Source: an uncultured Actinomycetes bacterium
GTDB lineage: Bacteria > Actinomycetota > Thermoleophilia > RBG-16-64-13
Length of the DNA: 64,000 bases
Assembly: GCA_963841735.1 (NCBI GenBank)
Contig: CAWJDT010000001.1
Span: 1,120,001 to 1,184,000, forward strand
Direction of reading: 5' to 3'
Shown in pieces: positions 11,105-21,451 of this stretch. Below the pieces are notes generated by a model. That model saw nothing but the letters and a program-made list of their open reading frames with translations, made no database searches and was not told the origin of the DNA. A program made the translations under genes and the position numbers. Each line of letters begins with the position of its first letter. Position 1 is the stretch's first letter.

Positions 11105-11772
11105 ACAGGTGGCGGCGGATCGAACGAGGGGCGCACTGGCTTTATGCCCTGCTCTTCATCATCTGTTTGGTGAGCGGGCTGCTGATGTGGATCCCGTCCA
11201 CCCGTGAACTGATCGGGGGCGCCAGGCTCGATATCTCCCAGCGTCACGCAGCGACAGGGTTCGCGATGGTGGCGATGCCGCTGCTCATGCTGGTGATCTT
11301 CGACCGGCGGCGACTACGGAGCGGGCTGCGGCAGATCAATCGATGGAGCGTCGATGACCGGCGCTGGTTCCGGGCGGCCCTGCGGGGCCGGTCGCTGCGG
11401 GGCGGCGCCATGCCCCCTCAAGGCAGATTCAACGCTGGCCAGAAGGCCACTACCGTCCTGGTAGCCGCGATGGCGGTGGGCTTTGTCGTTACCGGAGGGT
11501 TGTTGTTGGGGAAGGCCGGTCTACCGGCCTGGTTGGTGTCGCGGGCGTTCTGGCTGCACGGCTTCTTGGCTATCGCCGGGTTGGCGTTGCTGGCCGGGCA
11601 TCTAGGCATGGCCTTGCTGACCAGACACGGGCGCGCATCGCTAAGGGCCATGTTCAACGGTAGACTGGCCGAAGACGTCGCCCGCGAGCGCCATTCCTTG
11701 TGGTGGGCTAAGGCGGAGAAGGAGCGGACTGACGCTGAGGCCGGTGAGCCTGTAGACGGAGGTAGCGGATGA
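11101..11772 (+). CDS. Cytochrome b/b6-domain membrane protein (formate dehydrogenase gamma-like)
   Basis: ERGAHW, H, PPQGRFNAGQK, WLH...GHL heme-ligand His pattern; ATGA overlap with the upstream gene. Confidence 0.85.
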   Translation: MNRWRRIERGAHWLYALLFIICLVSGLLMWIPSTRELIGGARLDISQRHAATGFAMVAMPLLMLVIFDRRRLRSGLRQINRWSVDDRRWFRAALRGRSLRGGAMPPQGRFNAGQKATTVLVAAMAVGFVVTGGLLLGKAGLPAWLVSRAFWLHGFLAIAGLALLAGHLGMALLTRHGRASLRAMFNGRLAEDVARERHSLWWAKAEKERTDAEAGEPVDGGSG

Positions 11773-13391
11773 GCTTCGCAGGTCGGGCTAGATCACGCGC
11801 GGTTCTGCGGGCAGCTCTGGCGACGGCGCTACTGTTGCTCGCCGGCGCCCTGGTCGGGGGATGCGGCGTCGGCTTGGAGCAGGTGCGTCTCGACAGCGGT
11901 CCCGTAACCGGCCTCCGCGAGCAAGCGGACGGTCAGGAGCTGTGGGTATTCAAAGGCATCCCCTACGCCGCGCCTCCGGTGGGCGACTCGCGCTGGCAGC
12001 CGCCGCAACCGGTGGCTCCCTGGACCCAGCCGCTGGCCTGCACCAGCTTCGGCCCTGCCTGCCCGCAGGCGGGCAGCGACGGTCTCGGTGTGCTGTCGGT
12101 CGGCGAAATGGACGAGGACTGTCTGTATTTGAACGTGTGGTCGCCGGCGGAGTCGGCCGACAACCGGCTCCCGGTGATGGTTTGGATACACGGGGGCGGA
12201 TTCTCTTCCGGCGCAGGTTCACTGGCGCTCTACAACGGCAGCCACTTGGCGGCCAAAGGTGTGGTAGTGGTTACCATCAACTATCGGCTGGGCCCGTTCG
12301 GCTTCTTGTCGCATCCGGCTCTGTCGGCCGAAGCGGCCGACGGGGTCTCCGGCAACTACGGTCTGATGGACCAGATGGCCGCGCTGCGATGGGTCAAGCG
12401 CAACATCGCCGGTTTCGGCGGCGATCCCGGCAACGTGACGGTCTTTGGCGAATCGGCCGGGGCCATCAGTGTTCTTGATCTGTTGGTGACGCCCTCGGCC
12501 GAGGGTCTGTTCCAGAAGGCTATCGCCCAGAGCGGGATCATGCTCGATCAAGGATTCGGGGTGTCGACCACGGCCACCAGGCAAGGGGCGGAGGTGGCCG
12601 GCGCGGACTTTGTCTCCAGGCTGGGGATAGACGGAGGGGGAGATGTTGTCGCTCAGATGCGCGCCAAGACAACAGCGGAGCTGCTGGCGGCAGCGGAAGA
12701 CCTCGCGGGTGAAACTCCGGCGATCGAGCAGAGTCTCATGTGGAAACCGGTGGCCGACGGGCGTCTCCTGCCCGATCTGCCCACCCGGCTGTGGGCTGCC
12801 GGGAAGCAGCACGCCGTGCCTTTACTGATAGGCTCGAATGCCGATGAAGCAGAGCTGTTCCTGGCCGGTATGAGTTTCTCGGCGGCTGAGGCGGAAGCTC
12901 TAGTGAGGCGCATACTGGGGGTGAGTGCCGATGAGGCCCTGGCCCTCTATCCGGTCGCGGATGCAGAGAATCCCACCCAGGTCTTCAGCCGGATGTTCAC
13001 CGAGATCGGTTTCGCCTCCACCGCCCGTTACGCCGCCGGCTTGGCGGCCGCCGGCCCGGTCGCATACCTCTACGAGTTCACCCGGGTCCCCTTTGCCAAT
13101 CCCATGGGGGCCTTCCATGCGGTGGAGATCCCCTATGTGTTCGGCACTACAGGTATGTTCTCGATCCTGGGAGTCGTGGAGCAGGCGGACAAGGACCTCT
13201 CGGCCGCGGTGATGGGTTATTGGACCAGGTTCGCCGCCACCGGCGATCCTAACGGAGCCGGGGGGCCGGAGTGGCCCGCCTACGACCCGGGGTCCGACCG
13301 GCACCTGGAACTCGGCGACACGATTGGTGTAGGGATCGGTCTCTACAAAGCGGGGTGCGACTTGGCCGACCGGGTGCGGTTGGCCCATTAA
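11769..13391 (+). CDS. Type-B carboxylesterase/lipase family lipoprotein
   Basis: FKGIPYAAPPVG, EDCLYLNVW, WIHGGG, FGESAG nucleophile, GSNADE, FHAVEIPYVFG; lipobox-like LVGGC. Confidence 0.93.
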   Translation: MSFAGRARSRAVLRAALATALLLLAGALVGGCGVGLEQVRLDSGPVTGLREQADGQELWVFKGIPYAAPPVGDSRWQPPQPVAPWTQPLACTSFGPACPQAGSDGLGVLSVGEMDEDCLYLNVWSPAESADNRLPVMVWIHGGGFSSGAGSLALYNGSHLAAKGVVVVTINYRLGPFGFLSHPALSAEAADGVSGNYGLMDQMAALRWVKRNIAGFGGDPGNVTVFGESAGAISVLDLLVTPSAEGLFQKAIAQSGIMLDQGFGVSTTATRQGAEVAGADFVSRLGIDGGGDVVAQMRAKTTAELLAAAEDLAGETPAIEQSLMWKPVADGRLLPDLPTRLWAAGKQHAVPLLIGSNADEAELFLAGMSFSAAEAEALVRRILGVSADEALALYPVADAENPTQVFSRMFTEIGFASTARYAAGLAAAGPVAYLYEFTRVPFANPMGAFHAVEIPYVFGTTGMFSILGVVEQADKDLSAAVMGYWTRFAATGDPNGAGGPEWPAYDPGSDRHLELGDTIGVGIGLYKAGCDLADRVRLAH

Positions 13392-13453
13392 TAGGCGACC
13401 ATGCCCTTGAGGTAAGATGGCAGGTGTCATCTGGGCCTACGGGAGCATGATCT

Positions 13454-14650
13454 ATGGCTTTTGACAAACTGAGGAATCTTCGGCCGGTCAAGCGTTACCG
13501 CTCCGAGGGCTATGTGTTCATCTCGCTGGTGACGTTTGCCGCCTCGGTGCTTGTGCTCCGGGTGGTCTTGAAGCTCACCGGGTACGCTCAGATCGGCAAC
13601 GACTCGGTGCACATCGCTCACGTTCTTTGGGGTGGGCTGGCTCTGTTCGCGGGTGCCCTGTTGCTCCTGGTCCTCGCCAACCGCTGGGCGTTGACCGTGG
13701 GGGCGGTGCTCACGGGCTGCGGGGTGGGCCTGTTCATCGACGAAGTGGGCAAGTTCATCACTCGAAGTAACAACTACTTCACCCCGGCGGCGGCGCCCAT
13801 CATCTACGCGCTCTTCTTGGCCACCGTCCTTGTATATCTGCATGTGCGGCGCCCCCCTTCGAAGGACGTGCGCGGAGAGATGTACAGGGCTTTGGAGCAG
13901 ATATCCGGGGTTCTCGACCACGAGATGAGCAAGCGTGACTTGTACGTGCTCCGACGCCGCCTAGAGTCGCTGCAATGCTTGGCCGGGGACGAGGCCGTGC
14001 GTCGGCTGGCGGCGGCCATGCTGGAGTTCGTCGATGCCCAACAGCCGCGCATGGCCGAGACTACTCCGGGGAGGGCGCAGAGGTTCTCCGCTGTGGTTCT
14101 GGCTTGGTGCCGCAGGTCGATCACGCGCTCTTGGCTGAGGGTGGTATTGGCCGTGTTCCTTCTAGGACTAGGCCTCTACTCCGTGTTGGACATCGCATTG
14201 CTGGGCTTTCTTGCAGTCGCGCCCGAGTCGGCGAGCGCCGATCTTCTACGCTCTCTGGTCTCCCCCGGAGAGATGGCGGCTTTGTCGGACAAGATCTGGT
14301 TCTCTGTCCGGGCGGTGTTTGAAGGGGGCGTGGGGCTCGTGCTGCTCGCCGGAGGCACACTGATCAGCATGCGGCGCGAGTGGCGAGGCCTGGCTCTAGC
14401 CGTCACCGGACTGGTCTGTGGGCTCACCGTGGTCAACCTGCTTATCTTCTACGACGATCAGCTCGAGGCCCTCATTCTCACCGGCTTGGAGTATGTCCTT
14501 CTTCTGGTCGCGTACTTCTATCGCCGGGTGTACCTGGCGGAGGAGAGCGAGGAGGCAGGACGGGCTGGGGCCTGGGCCGAGAGCAGCTTCGCCGACGCTC
14601 TGCAGGAAGCGGCTTCCGAGGCGGGTATTGTGGCCAAGGATGCATCGTGA
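13454..14650 (+). CDS. Hypothetical integral membrane protein
   Basis: Multiple TM helices; HIAHVLWGG and GLFIDEVGKFIT motifs; GTGA overlap with the downstream gene. Confidence 0.75.
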   Translation: MAFDKLRNLRPVKRYRSEGYVFISLVTFAASVLVLRVVLKLTGYAQIGNDSVHIAHVLWGGLALFAGALLLLVLANRWALTVGAVLTGCGVGLFIDEVGKFITRSNNYFTPAAAPIIYALFLATVLVYLHVRRPPSKDVRGEMYRALEQISGVLDHEMSKRDLYVLRRRLESLQCLAGDEAVRRLAAAMLEFVDAQQPRMAETTPGRAQRFSAVVLAWCRRSITRSWLRVVLAVFLLGLGLYSVLDIALLGFLAVAPESASADLLRSLVSPGEMAALSDKIWFSVRAVFEGGVGLVLLAGGTLISMRREWRGLALAVTGLVCGLTVVNLLIFYDDQLEALILTGLEYVLLLVAYFYRRVYLAEESEEAGRAGAWAESSFADALQEAASEAGIVAKDAS

Positions 14651-16359
14651 TCGGCCCGGGTACTCGTTCTCCTGAGGTCGAGTCGGCCGGTCAGATATGC
14701 ATCCGACTGCACCAGGCCTACCGTGACCACCGTCTGTATCCGGAGGGCCATCCCACCACCCAAGGGGCCATGGATAGGCTTGTGGGCTTGGTGCAGGCGC
14801 ATACTGAGACATTCGGGTCTCTGGTGCTCGAAGTGGAGGAAGACCGGCTGATCCTGCAGGATGAACCGGTTGACGTCAAGAGCGGCAACACCGAGAACTT
14901 GGCCTTTCTCTTCTTCCGCGACGGCATCCGTACCCTGACCATTCACCAAGGCATCGAACCAGGCGAATTGGCCGGGTTCGTCGATTGTCTGTCCCGCGCG
15001 GACCAACTGGCCGACCTCGACCACGACCTCATCACCGCTCTCTGGGAGCAGGACCTCACACACATCGAGTGTGAAGTAGTGGACCCGTTCTCGGGAGGGG
15101 ACGGCAGCTCGGGCGATGCCTATGATGATCTCAAGGACACCGTCCTGCGCCGTCTGAACGAGTTGACGAACGAGGGCGGATCGGCTTTGGGTGAGCAGGG
15201 CGCGGAAGGAGCTGGTGGTGGCTCGGCCGATGCTGCCCCTGCGAGCTACCAGCCTGGTGCAGTAGATCCCGATGCCGTCGCGTTGACCGCCGAGGATCTA
15301 CAGGCGAGTGACTGGGCGTTGGCGCATCCCATCCCTCTTCTGGATGACTTCGCCGTCGTCCTGCTGGAGATCGTCGGTGATGCCCAGGGCATATCCGCGG
15401 GTGAAGGGCGGTTGATCGACTCCCTGGTGATGGTCCTTCAGCAGTATTTCGACGACAGGAACATCGACGGTCTCCGTTTGGTGGCCAATCGGTTGGACGT
15501 CTTGGAGGAACAGGGTCGCCGCCCCACCGGTTCTGCCGACGAGATCTTGGGACGGGCGGCTACGCCCGAGCGTCTGTCTGGTCTGATCGTGAGCCTGCAC
15601 TCAGCATCTCCCGACAAGGCCGACCGGTTGGAGCAATTCCTCAAACGCATGCGCACCTGTGCCTATCCCACGTTTCTTGAGATTCTGGCTACAAGCGATG
15701 ACCGAGGGGTGCGGAAGCTGGTACTCGACCTGTTGCGCGTCACAGGTGGCATACCGACAGAGCACCTGCTGCCGTTCATCAACGACACGCGCTGGTACGT
15801 GGTGCGCAACGCGGTGCAGTTGGCCACCGAGTCGGGTGATCCTGGGCTGGTCGATCAGTTCGAGCGGCTGCTGCGTCACTCCGACGCCCGGGTGCGGCGG
15901 GAGGTCATCCGCAGTCTCGACGCCTTCGATGAGAAGCGCTCATTGCCCCTATTGTTGACCGCGCTTGGTGATGAGGACTCGCCCGTGCGGATATTGGCGG
16001 TCCGCAGTCTGGGGCGTCTCGGTGGTGGCCGGCATTTCCCATCGGTGCTGGGTCAGGTGGAATCGCGCGATTTCGAGGCCCGGCCTTCCGAGGAGGTGGA
16101 GGCGTTTCTACTCACACTCGCCCTGCTGGGCGGCGATCGGGCGGTTGAGACCCTGAACAGGTTCTGGAAACGCCGGGTGTTCGGCACGCGCCCGATGCCT
16201 CTGCGGCTCGCGGCGATCCAGGCCTTGGGTGCCATCCAGTCAAAGGAGGCGGCTCAAGCTCTGAACGAGGCTGCGCAATCGGGCGAGGCACCCGTGCAGC
16301 GGACGGCCGCGCGCGCGCTCAGCGAGGCCCAGACCCGAGCGAGGAGTCCACGTCCATGA
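14647..16359 (+). CDS. HEAT-repeat protein
   Basis: RLYPEGHP N-terminal domain; repeats DTRWYVVRNAV, HSDARVRREVI, DEDSPVRILAV; start GTG 14647 overlaps the upstream stop. Confidence 0.85.
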   Translation: MIGPGTRSPEVESAGQICIRLHQAYRDHRLYPEGHPTTQGAMDRLVGLVQAHTETFGSLVLEVEEDRLILQDEPVDVKSGNTENLAFLFFRDGIRTLTIHQGIEPGELAGFVDCLSRADQLADLDHDLITALWEQDLTHIECEVVDPFSGGDGSSGDAYDDLKDTVLRRLNELTNEGGSALGEQGAEGAGGGSADAAPASYQPGAVDPDAVALTAEDLQASDWALAHPIPLLDDFAVVLLEIVGDAQGISAGEGRLIDSLVMVLQQYFDDRNIDGLRLVANRLDVLEEQGRRPTGSADEILGRAATPERLSGLIVSLHSASPDKADRLEQFLKRMRTCAYPTFLEILATSDDRGVRKLVLDLLRVTGGIPTEHLLPFINDTRWYVVRNAVQLATESGDPGLVDQFERLLRHSDARVRREVIRSLDAFDEKRSLPLLLTALGDEDSPVRILAVRSLGRLGGGRHFPSVLGQVESRDFEARPSEEVEAFLLTLALLGGDRAVETLNRFWKRRVFGTRPMPLRLAAIQALGAIQSKEAAQALNEAAQSGEAPVQRTAARALSEAQTRARSPRP

Positions 16360-17762
16360 CCAAGAACGGCGAGACCAGGTTCGACGGGCGGCGAGGACAG
16401 CAACTGGCTCTCGCCCTGGCCTCCGGGTTGCGCGTAGCCCGCTACTACGACTCCGGCAACGTGGTGTTGCGGCAGGCCTGCGAGACCCTGTACTCCCTAG
16501 CCATCGACATCAGCGAAGAAGAAGGTGTCGCGAGCGTTGGGGCGCATAGTCACTGTGCCTTCGTGAACAAGGGTCGAGTTCCGGCCTCGGCTGCCACCTA
16601 CGGCCATTTGGCTTTCTTGTTCGAGTTGTACGACGAATGGGGCATCAACACGCTCACGTTCTACCCCGGTTTGACCATGAACGAGTTGATGCTGGCGCTC
16701 AACCTGATCGCCCGCAACCGTCCCGACGCGGCGGGCGAGCTGGGCGACCTCCTTAGCTCTCGGGGGATAGAGACGGTGAAGGCGGAGATGTTCTCTCCGG
16801 GCAAGGGCCGGCAGCTGCAGCCTATTTCGCCTATTGTCGCCTATTCGGCGGCGATGCAGTTGGGGGTGGAACTGGGCGCGTCCACGGGACCCATCGAGGC
16901 GGGCACGGTTCGCCGAGCCCGGCACGTTACCCAGTCCGTGGTCGACGAGATCCTGCGCGACCCCACCTTCCTGCTGACGCTTACGACTATCAAGGACTTC
17001 GACGACTATCTTGTCCTTCACTCGACCAACGTGGCTGTGTTGTCGACCGTGCTGGGTCAGCGGCTGGGCCTTGACAAGGCCACCCTGGGAGAACTCTGCC
17101 TGTCGGGTTTTCTGCACGATGCCGGCAAGTTGGGCGTCGACCCTGATGTTTTGAACAAGCCGGGGTCGCTGGACGCCCAGGAATGGCAGCAGATGCGGCG
17201 CCACCCCATTCTGGCGGCCGAGGCGCTGCTCAACAGCCGGCGTCTCACGGGCTCCAACATGCGCTCGGTGGTGGTGGCCTTCGAGCATCACCTCAACTAC
17301 GACCTGAGCGGCTATCCCCACACCGAGATCAAGAAGAACGTATCGCTCTTCGGGGGCATCGTCTCCATCGCCGACCGCTTCGACGCCTTGACCACGGCTC
17401 GTGTCTACAGGAAGGTCAATCTCACGCCGCCGGAGGCGCTGCTGTACGTAGTGGAGGGTTCAGGCAGGCACTTCGACCGGGTGCTGGTGAAGCTGTTTGT
17501 CGAGGTCATGGGCATCTATCCGCCCGGTACGGTGGTGGTGCTTAGCGGGGGGGAGGCCGGGGTGGTGTGCCGTCCACCGACAGTGGGTTCGCCTCTTGAT
17601 CGTCCCAGGGTGCGGGTCGTCGTGGGCGGAGAGCCCGGTTCGGTGATCGATCTCGACGAGACCGAGAACGGCGAGTACGCTCGCAGCATCATCGGGGTGC
17701 TCAACCCCTCCAACAGGGGACAGATCCCAGCGGTGGACCCCGCGATATTCGCGTCCATCTAG
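16356..17762 (+). CDS. HD-GYP domain cyclic-dinucleotide phosphodiesterase
   Basis: HSTNV, LHDAGK, LNKPG, EHHLNYDLSGYP, IADRFDALTTARVYRK, GIYPPGT. Confidence 0.92.
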   Translation: MTKNGETRFDGRRGQQLALALASGLRVARYYDSGNVVLRQACETLYSLAIDISEEEGVASVGAHSHCAFVNKGRVPASAATYGHLAFLFELYDEWGINTLTFYPGLTMNELMLALNLIARNRPDAAGELGDLLSSRGIETVKAEMFSPGKGRQLQPISPIVAYSAAMQLGVELGASTGPIEAGTVRRARHVTQSVVDEILRDPTFLLTLTTIKDFDDYLVLHSTNVAVLSTVLGQRLGLDKATLGELCLSGFLHDAGKLGVDPDVLNKPGSLDAQEWQQMRRHPILAAEALLNSRRLTGSNMRSVVVAFEHHLNYDLSGYPHTEIKKNVSLFGGIVSIADRFDALTTARVYRKVNLTPPEALLYVVEGSGRHFDRVLVKLFVEVMGIYPPGTVVVLSGGEAGVVCRPPTVGSPLDRPRVRVVVGGEPGSVIDLDETENGEYARSIIGVLNPSNRGQIPAVDPAIFASI

Positions 17763-17791
17763 AGGGACCGTCGACGGCCGATTCGACATTC

Positions 17792-19033
17792 ATGGGTGTG
17801 CAAGGGACGGCGCTGTCAGAAGAGTTGCCACGGGGCGGTGACGCTCTGGCCTTCACTCTGATGGCCTTCTATCTGCTTTCCACACTCACCCTTGCCCTCA
17901 TGGCCGTCGTCACCACTGAACTTCAGCGCAGGTTCGGTCTCACCTCGTCGGAACTTGGTCTTTTGACCTCGGTGTTCATGTTCGCCTATGGGGCGGTGGG
18001 TATACCTGCCGGGACCCTCGCCTCGCGTTGGGGAGGGAGGGTGCTGGTGGTCAGTTGTGCCCTCTTCGTAGTCGGCTCAGTGACTTTCGGTCTGAGCTCC
18101 TCTTACCCCGGGTTCCTTGTGGGCAGGGTCCTGCAAGGACTGGGTGGGGGGACGGTGTTGCCGGTAAGCAGCCCTGTTATCGCCCGCTTCTTGGCTCCCG
18201 AGGCCCGGAATCGCGGTTGGGGTGTGTTCGCCAGCGGAAAAGGTCTGGGGACTTTGGCAAGCCTGCTCGTTATGCCCGGCATCGCTACGCTCGGAGGGTA
18301 TCGCGCCGTCTTTCTGGTCACCGGCGGCATGGCGGTTGTCATCGGGGCGGTGGCTCTGGCCCAGAAGCCGGTTCGGGCGTTGCCTGTAGCATCGGCTGAG
18401 GTCACCTCGCTCCGGGCGGTAGCAAGGACATTGGCGGCAGTGGCCGTCAATCGCAAGGTGCTACTCCTGGGCCTGTTCAATGCCGCCTCTCTGGCCGTGG
18501 GAACCAGCGTGCTCATCTGGACCCCTGACTTTCTCCAGGGCCGGTACGGGGCGAGCGCCGGTGTTGCCGCCTATCTCACCGCAGGTCTGGCCGTAGCTCA
18601 ACTCATCGGCGCTCCCACCGGTGCCGCCGCGGCCATCCGCTGGGGAAGGATGCCTGTCATCACGGGATCGATGGTGGCCATGTCGGTGGTGGCGGTGATG
18701 GTGCCGGTGGTGCCGGGCAGAGCGCTCGTATTCGTCATGGCTGCGCTGGTGGGATTCTTCAGTCTGGCCTACTTCTCGCCCCGGTTTGCGATGATCCCCG
18801 AGGTGGTGGGCGGGGCCGAACAGGTAGGCCCGGCGTCGGGCCTCATCAACGCCATCGGTTTCGGCATCTCCATGCTGGCCCCCTGGCTGTTCGGTCTGGC
18901 GCTCGACCGCGGCTTGGGCTATCTGGCCGGGTACTTGGTGCTGGCGGCCTTCGGCCTTGCCGGCGCCGTAGGTTCGCTCTTCTTCAGGGTCCCGACCAAA
19001 GCCGGGGAGGCCCAGGCGCTGAGCGGCGACTGA
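17792..19033 (+). CDS. MFS transporter
   Basis: About 12 TM helices; motif-A-like GTLASRWGGR, GRVLQGLG. Confidence 0.9.
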   Translation: MGVQGTALSEELPRGGDALAFTLMAFYLLSTLTLALMAVVTTELQRRFGLTSSELGLLTSVFMFAYGAVGIPAGTLASRWGGRVLVVSCALFVVGSVTFGLSSSYPGFLVGRVLQGLGGGTVLPVSSPVIARFLAPEARNRGWGVFASGKGLGTLASLLVMPGIATLGGYRAVFLVTGGMAVVIGAVALAQKPVRALPVASAEVTSLRAVARTLAAVAVNRKVLLLGLFNAASLAVGTSVLIWTPDFLQGRYGASAGVAAYLTAGLAVAQLIGAPTGAAAAIRWGRMPVITGSMVAMSVVAVMVPVVPGRALVFVMAALVGFFSLAYFSPRFAMIPEVVGGAEQVGPASGLINAIGFGISMLAPWLFGLALDRGLGYLAGYLVLAAFGLAGAVGSLFFRVPTKAGEAQALSGD

Positions 19034-19063
19034 GACCTAGAGATCGCGGGCGCGGGCTCGACG

Positions 19064-19627
19064 CTAGGAGGGCTTGAGTAGAGTCTTGCCCATGCTCCAG
19101 GCGTCGCCCAGGCGTTCGCCCAAGGCCCAGTAGCCATTGTCGGGCATGGTCAGGACGAAGGGGCGGAGCTTCGTCACGTCGACCGCTCCGTTGGTGAGGA
19201 TCTCCTCGCTGGCGTAGACGTTCGCGACTTCGCCGATGAAGAAGAAGTCCTTGGGCAGGTTCACGATGTCGTTGAGCCAGCACTCCATGGTGAGAGGGCA
19301 CTGCCCTACCATGGGAGCAGAATCGAGCGCGCCTCTGACGACCTCGATGCGCGAGGCCTTGTCCTGCTGGAAGCCGTGCACCAGACCGCAGTAGTCGGCC
19401 AGAGGCGCTTGGTCCACGCTCGGGAAGTTGACGCTGAACTGGTCGTAGCGGTGGATCCCTTTGGCCGAATGCTGCCCATGTCCCATGGCCAGGCCCAGCA
19501 GGGGAGGATCGGAGTTGAGCTTGGTGATCCAGGCCGCCGTCATGAAGTTCGGCTTGCCTTCGACGACGGTGCCCACGATGACCACGGGCATCGGATAGAT
19601 GTCAAAGCTTCTGCCGATATTCTTCAT
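19064..19627 (-). CDS. Flavin reductase family (flavoredoxin-like) protein
   Basis: YPMPVVIVGT, NFMTAAW, FSVNFP, DYCGLVHG, CPLTMEC, FFIGEV. Confidence 0.9.
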   Translation of the reverse strand: MKNIGRSFDIYPMPVVIVGTVVEGKPNFMTAAWITKLNSDPPLLGLAMGHGQHSAKGIHRYDQFSVNFPSVDQAPLADYCGLVHGFQQDKASRIEVVRGALDSAPMVGQCPLTMECWLNDIVNLPKDFFFIGEVANVYASEEILTNGAVDVTKLRPFVLTMPDNGYWALGERLGDAWSMGKTLLKPS

Positions 19628-19747
19628 GGCCGCAGGCCCTCCCGGAGTCGCGCACACTAGGTCTCGGGCCTCTCATTCCCAGCGCGGGGGCAAACGACAC
19701 ACTTCTTCGGCAGGGGGTGCGGGCCGCGCCCACGCCGCGGTCGAGGG

Positions 19748-21355
19748 CTAGTCTTCGGAGGCGGGGGCTACCGCGGGGTTCAGCTCGGGAGCGGGGGCGC
19801 CGGCGGGCGTCCGCCGCGCCAGCTGTGCGTCGGGTGAGGTGTTGCGGATCATGATCGCACCCACGACGGCTCCAACCAGCAGCACGATGCCTGCGACCAA
19901 GACGGCCCGGTGCAGGCCCTCCGTGAAAGAATCCTTGATGACCATCTCGATCGCGGCCATCTTCTTGTCGTCGATACCAGGCAGTGAGGGCATCGTTCCC
20001 GCTCCTCCCCGTCCTTCTTGGGCCAGTTTGGCCACCTGATCGGCAACCGCGGGGGGCAGACCCAGCTTGTCGAAGGCAGCGGCCAGAGCGGAGGCAAAAC
20101 GACCGGTGACGATGGAGCCAAGCACGGCCACGCCGAAAACGCCTCCCACCTGCCTCATGGTGTTGGAGGTCGCCGAAGCCATCCCCGCTCGGGCCACGGG
20201 TATGGTGCTCATCACAGCGGTGGTGATGGGGCTCATGACCAAACCGGTGCCGGTGCCGAGAACGGCCAGGATCCACCAGTAGTGGCCGTAGGGAGTGGTG
20301 CTCTGCACAGTCAGGAAGGCAAGAATGGCTCCCCCGACGAGGCACATACCCACGGTGATAGGCACCCGTGCGCCGATCCTACCGACGATGCGGCCCGAGA
20401 GGATCGCGAAGACCATCACGGCCAGGGTGGAGGGCAACTGGCGGATTCCCGCTCCCGTGGGAGAGAAGCCTTGGACGTTCTGCATGAAGAGGGCAAGGAA
20501 CATCAACATGCCCACGAAACCAAAGCTGATCATTAGGCCCACCAGGTTGGCTCCGGTGAACGTGATGTTCTTGAAGAAGCTGAGCTGGAGTACGGGGCTT
20601 GCTGCGCGTCGCTCCCACAGAGCGAAGACAGTGAGGGCCACCGCGGCGACGGCGAACAGCGAGATGATGAGGGCCGAGCCCCAACCGTAGGTGTTGGCCT
20701 CGATGAAGGCGAAGGTGACGCCGCCCAAGCCCACGATGGCGAGGGCCTGGCCGGGGAGGTCGAGGCCGCGCCCCTCCGGGCTCTTCGACTCAGGCACTAT
20801 CCGGGCTGTGATGACAAGCGCGGCTAGGCCTATCGGCACGTTCAGGTAGAAGATGCTCTGCCATCCGAAGGCGTCGACCATGACCCCGCCCAGCGCCGGC
20901 CCGACGGCCAGGGAGATCCCCGAGACTCCCGCCCATATGCCGATGGCCTGTGCTCTCTCCCTAGGCTCCTGAAAGGTGTGTGTGAGTATGGCTAGGGTGG
21001 ACGGCATCATGACGGCCGCCCCTAGTCCCTGGATGATGCGCCCGGCGATGAGCATGCCCACCGACGGCGAGAGCGCGCAGAACAGTGATCCCGCTGTGAA
21101 GATCGCCAGTCCGGCCATGAATGCTCGTTTGCGGCCGTAGAGGTCGCCCAGAGTGCCTCCGGTGAGCATGAAGGTCGCCAGTACGAGGATGAACGCATCG
21201 ACTATCCATTGCAGACTGGAGATGTCGGCGCCCATCTCGCGCTGGATGGTCGGGAGCGCCAGGTTCACCACCGTGTTGTCGAGCATGACCATGAAGAGGC
21301 CAAAGCACGTGGCTCCCAGGGTGAACAACTTGGTCTTGCGGTCGTCGTAAAGCAT
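19748..21355 (-). CDS. DHA2-family (EmrB/QacA) MFS drug efflux transporter
   Basis: MVMLDNTVVNLALP, LQWIV, GDLYGRKR, GWQSIFYLNVPIG, RQVGG. Confidence 0.93.
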   Translation of the reverse strand: MLYDDRKTKLFTLGATCFGLFMVMLDNTVVNLALPTIQREMGADISSLQWIVDAFILVLATFMLTGGTLGDLYGRKRAFMAGLAIFTAGSLFCALSPSVGMLIAGRIIQGLGAAVMMPSTLAILTHTFQEPRERAQAIGIWAGVSGISLAVGPALGGVMVDAFGWQSIFYLNVPIGLAALVITARIVPESKSPEGRGLDLPGQALAIVGLGGVTFAFIEANTYGWGSALIISLFAVAAVALTVFALWERRAASPVLQLSFFKNITFTGANLVGLMISFGFVGMLMFLALFMQNVQGFSPTGAGIRQLPSTLAVMVFAILSGRIVGRIGARVPITVGMCLVGGAILAFLTVQSTTPYGHYWWILAVLGTGTGLVMSPITTAVMSTIPVARAGMASATSNTMRQVGGVFGVAVLGSIVTGRFASALAAAFDKLGLPPAVADQVAKLAQEGRGGAGTMPSLPGIDDKKMAAIEMVIKDSFTEGLHRAVLVAGIVLLVGAVVGAIMIRNTSPDAQLARRTPAGAPAPELNPAVAPASED

Positions 21356-21451
21356 GGCGCCGGAGACTACCACACTCCCGTTGCCAAACAGGTTCGCGCG
21401 TGAGGTGGGCCGGCCGTCGCCCAAGGGCCGGGCATTCGACCGTAGTCCGAT

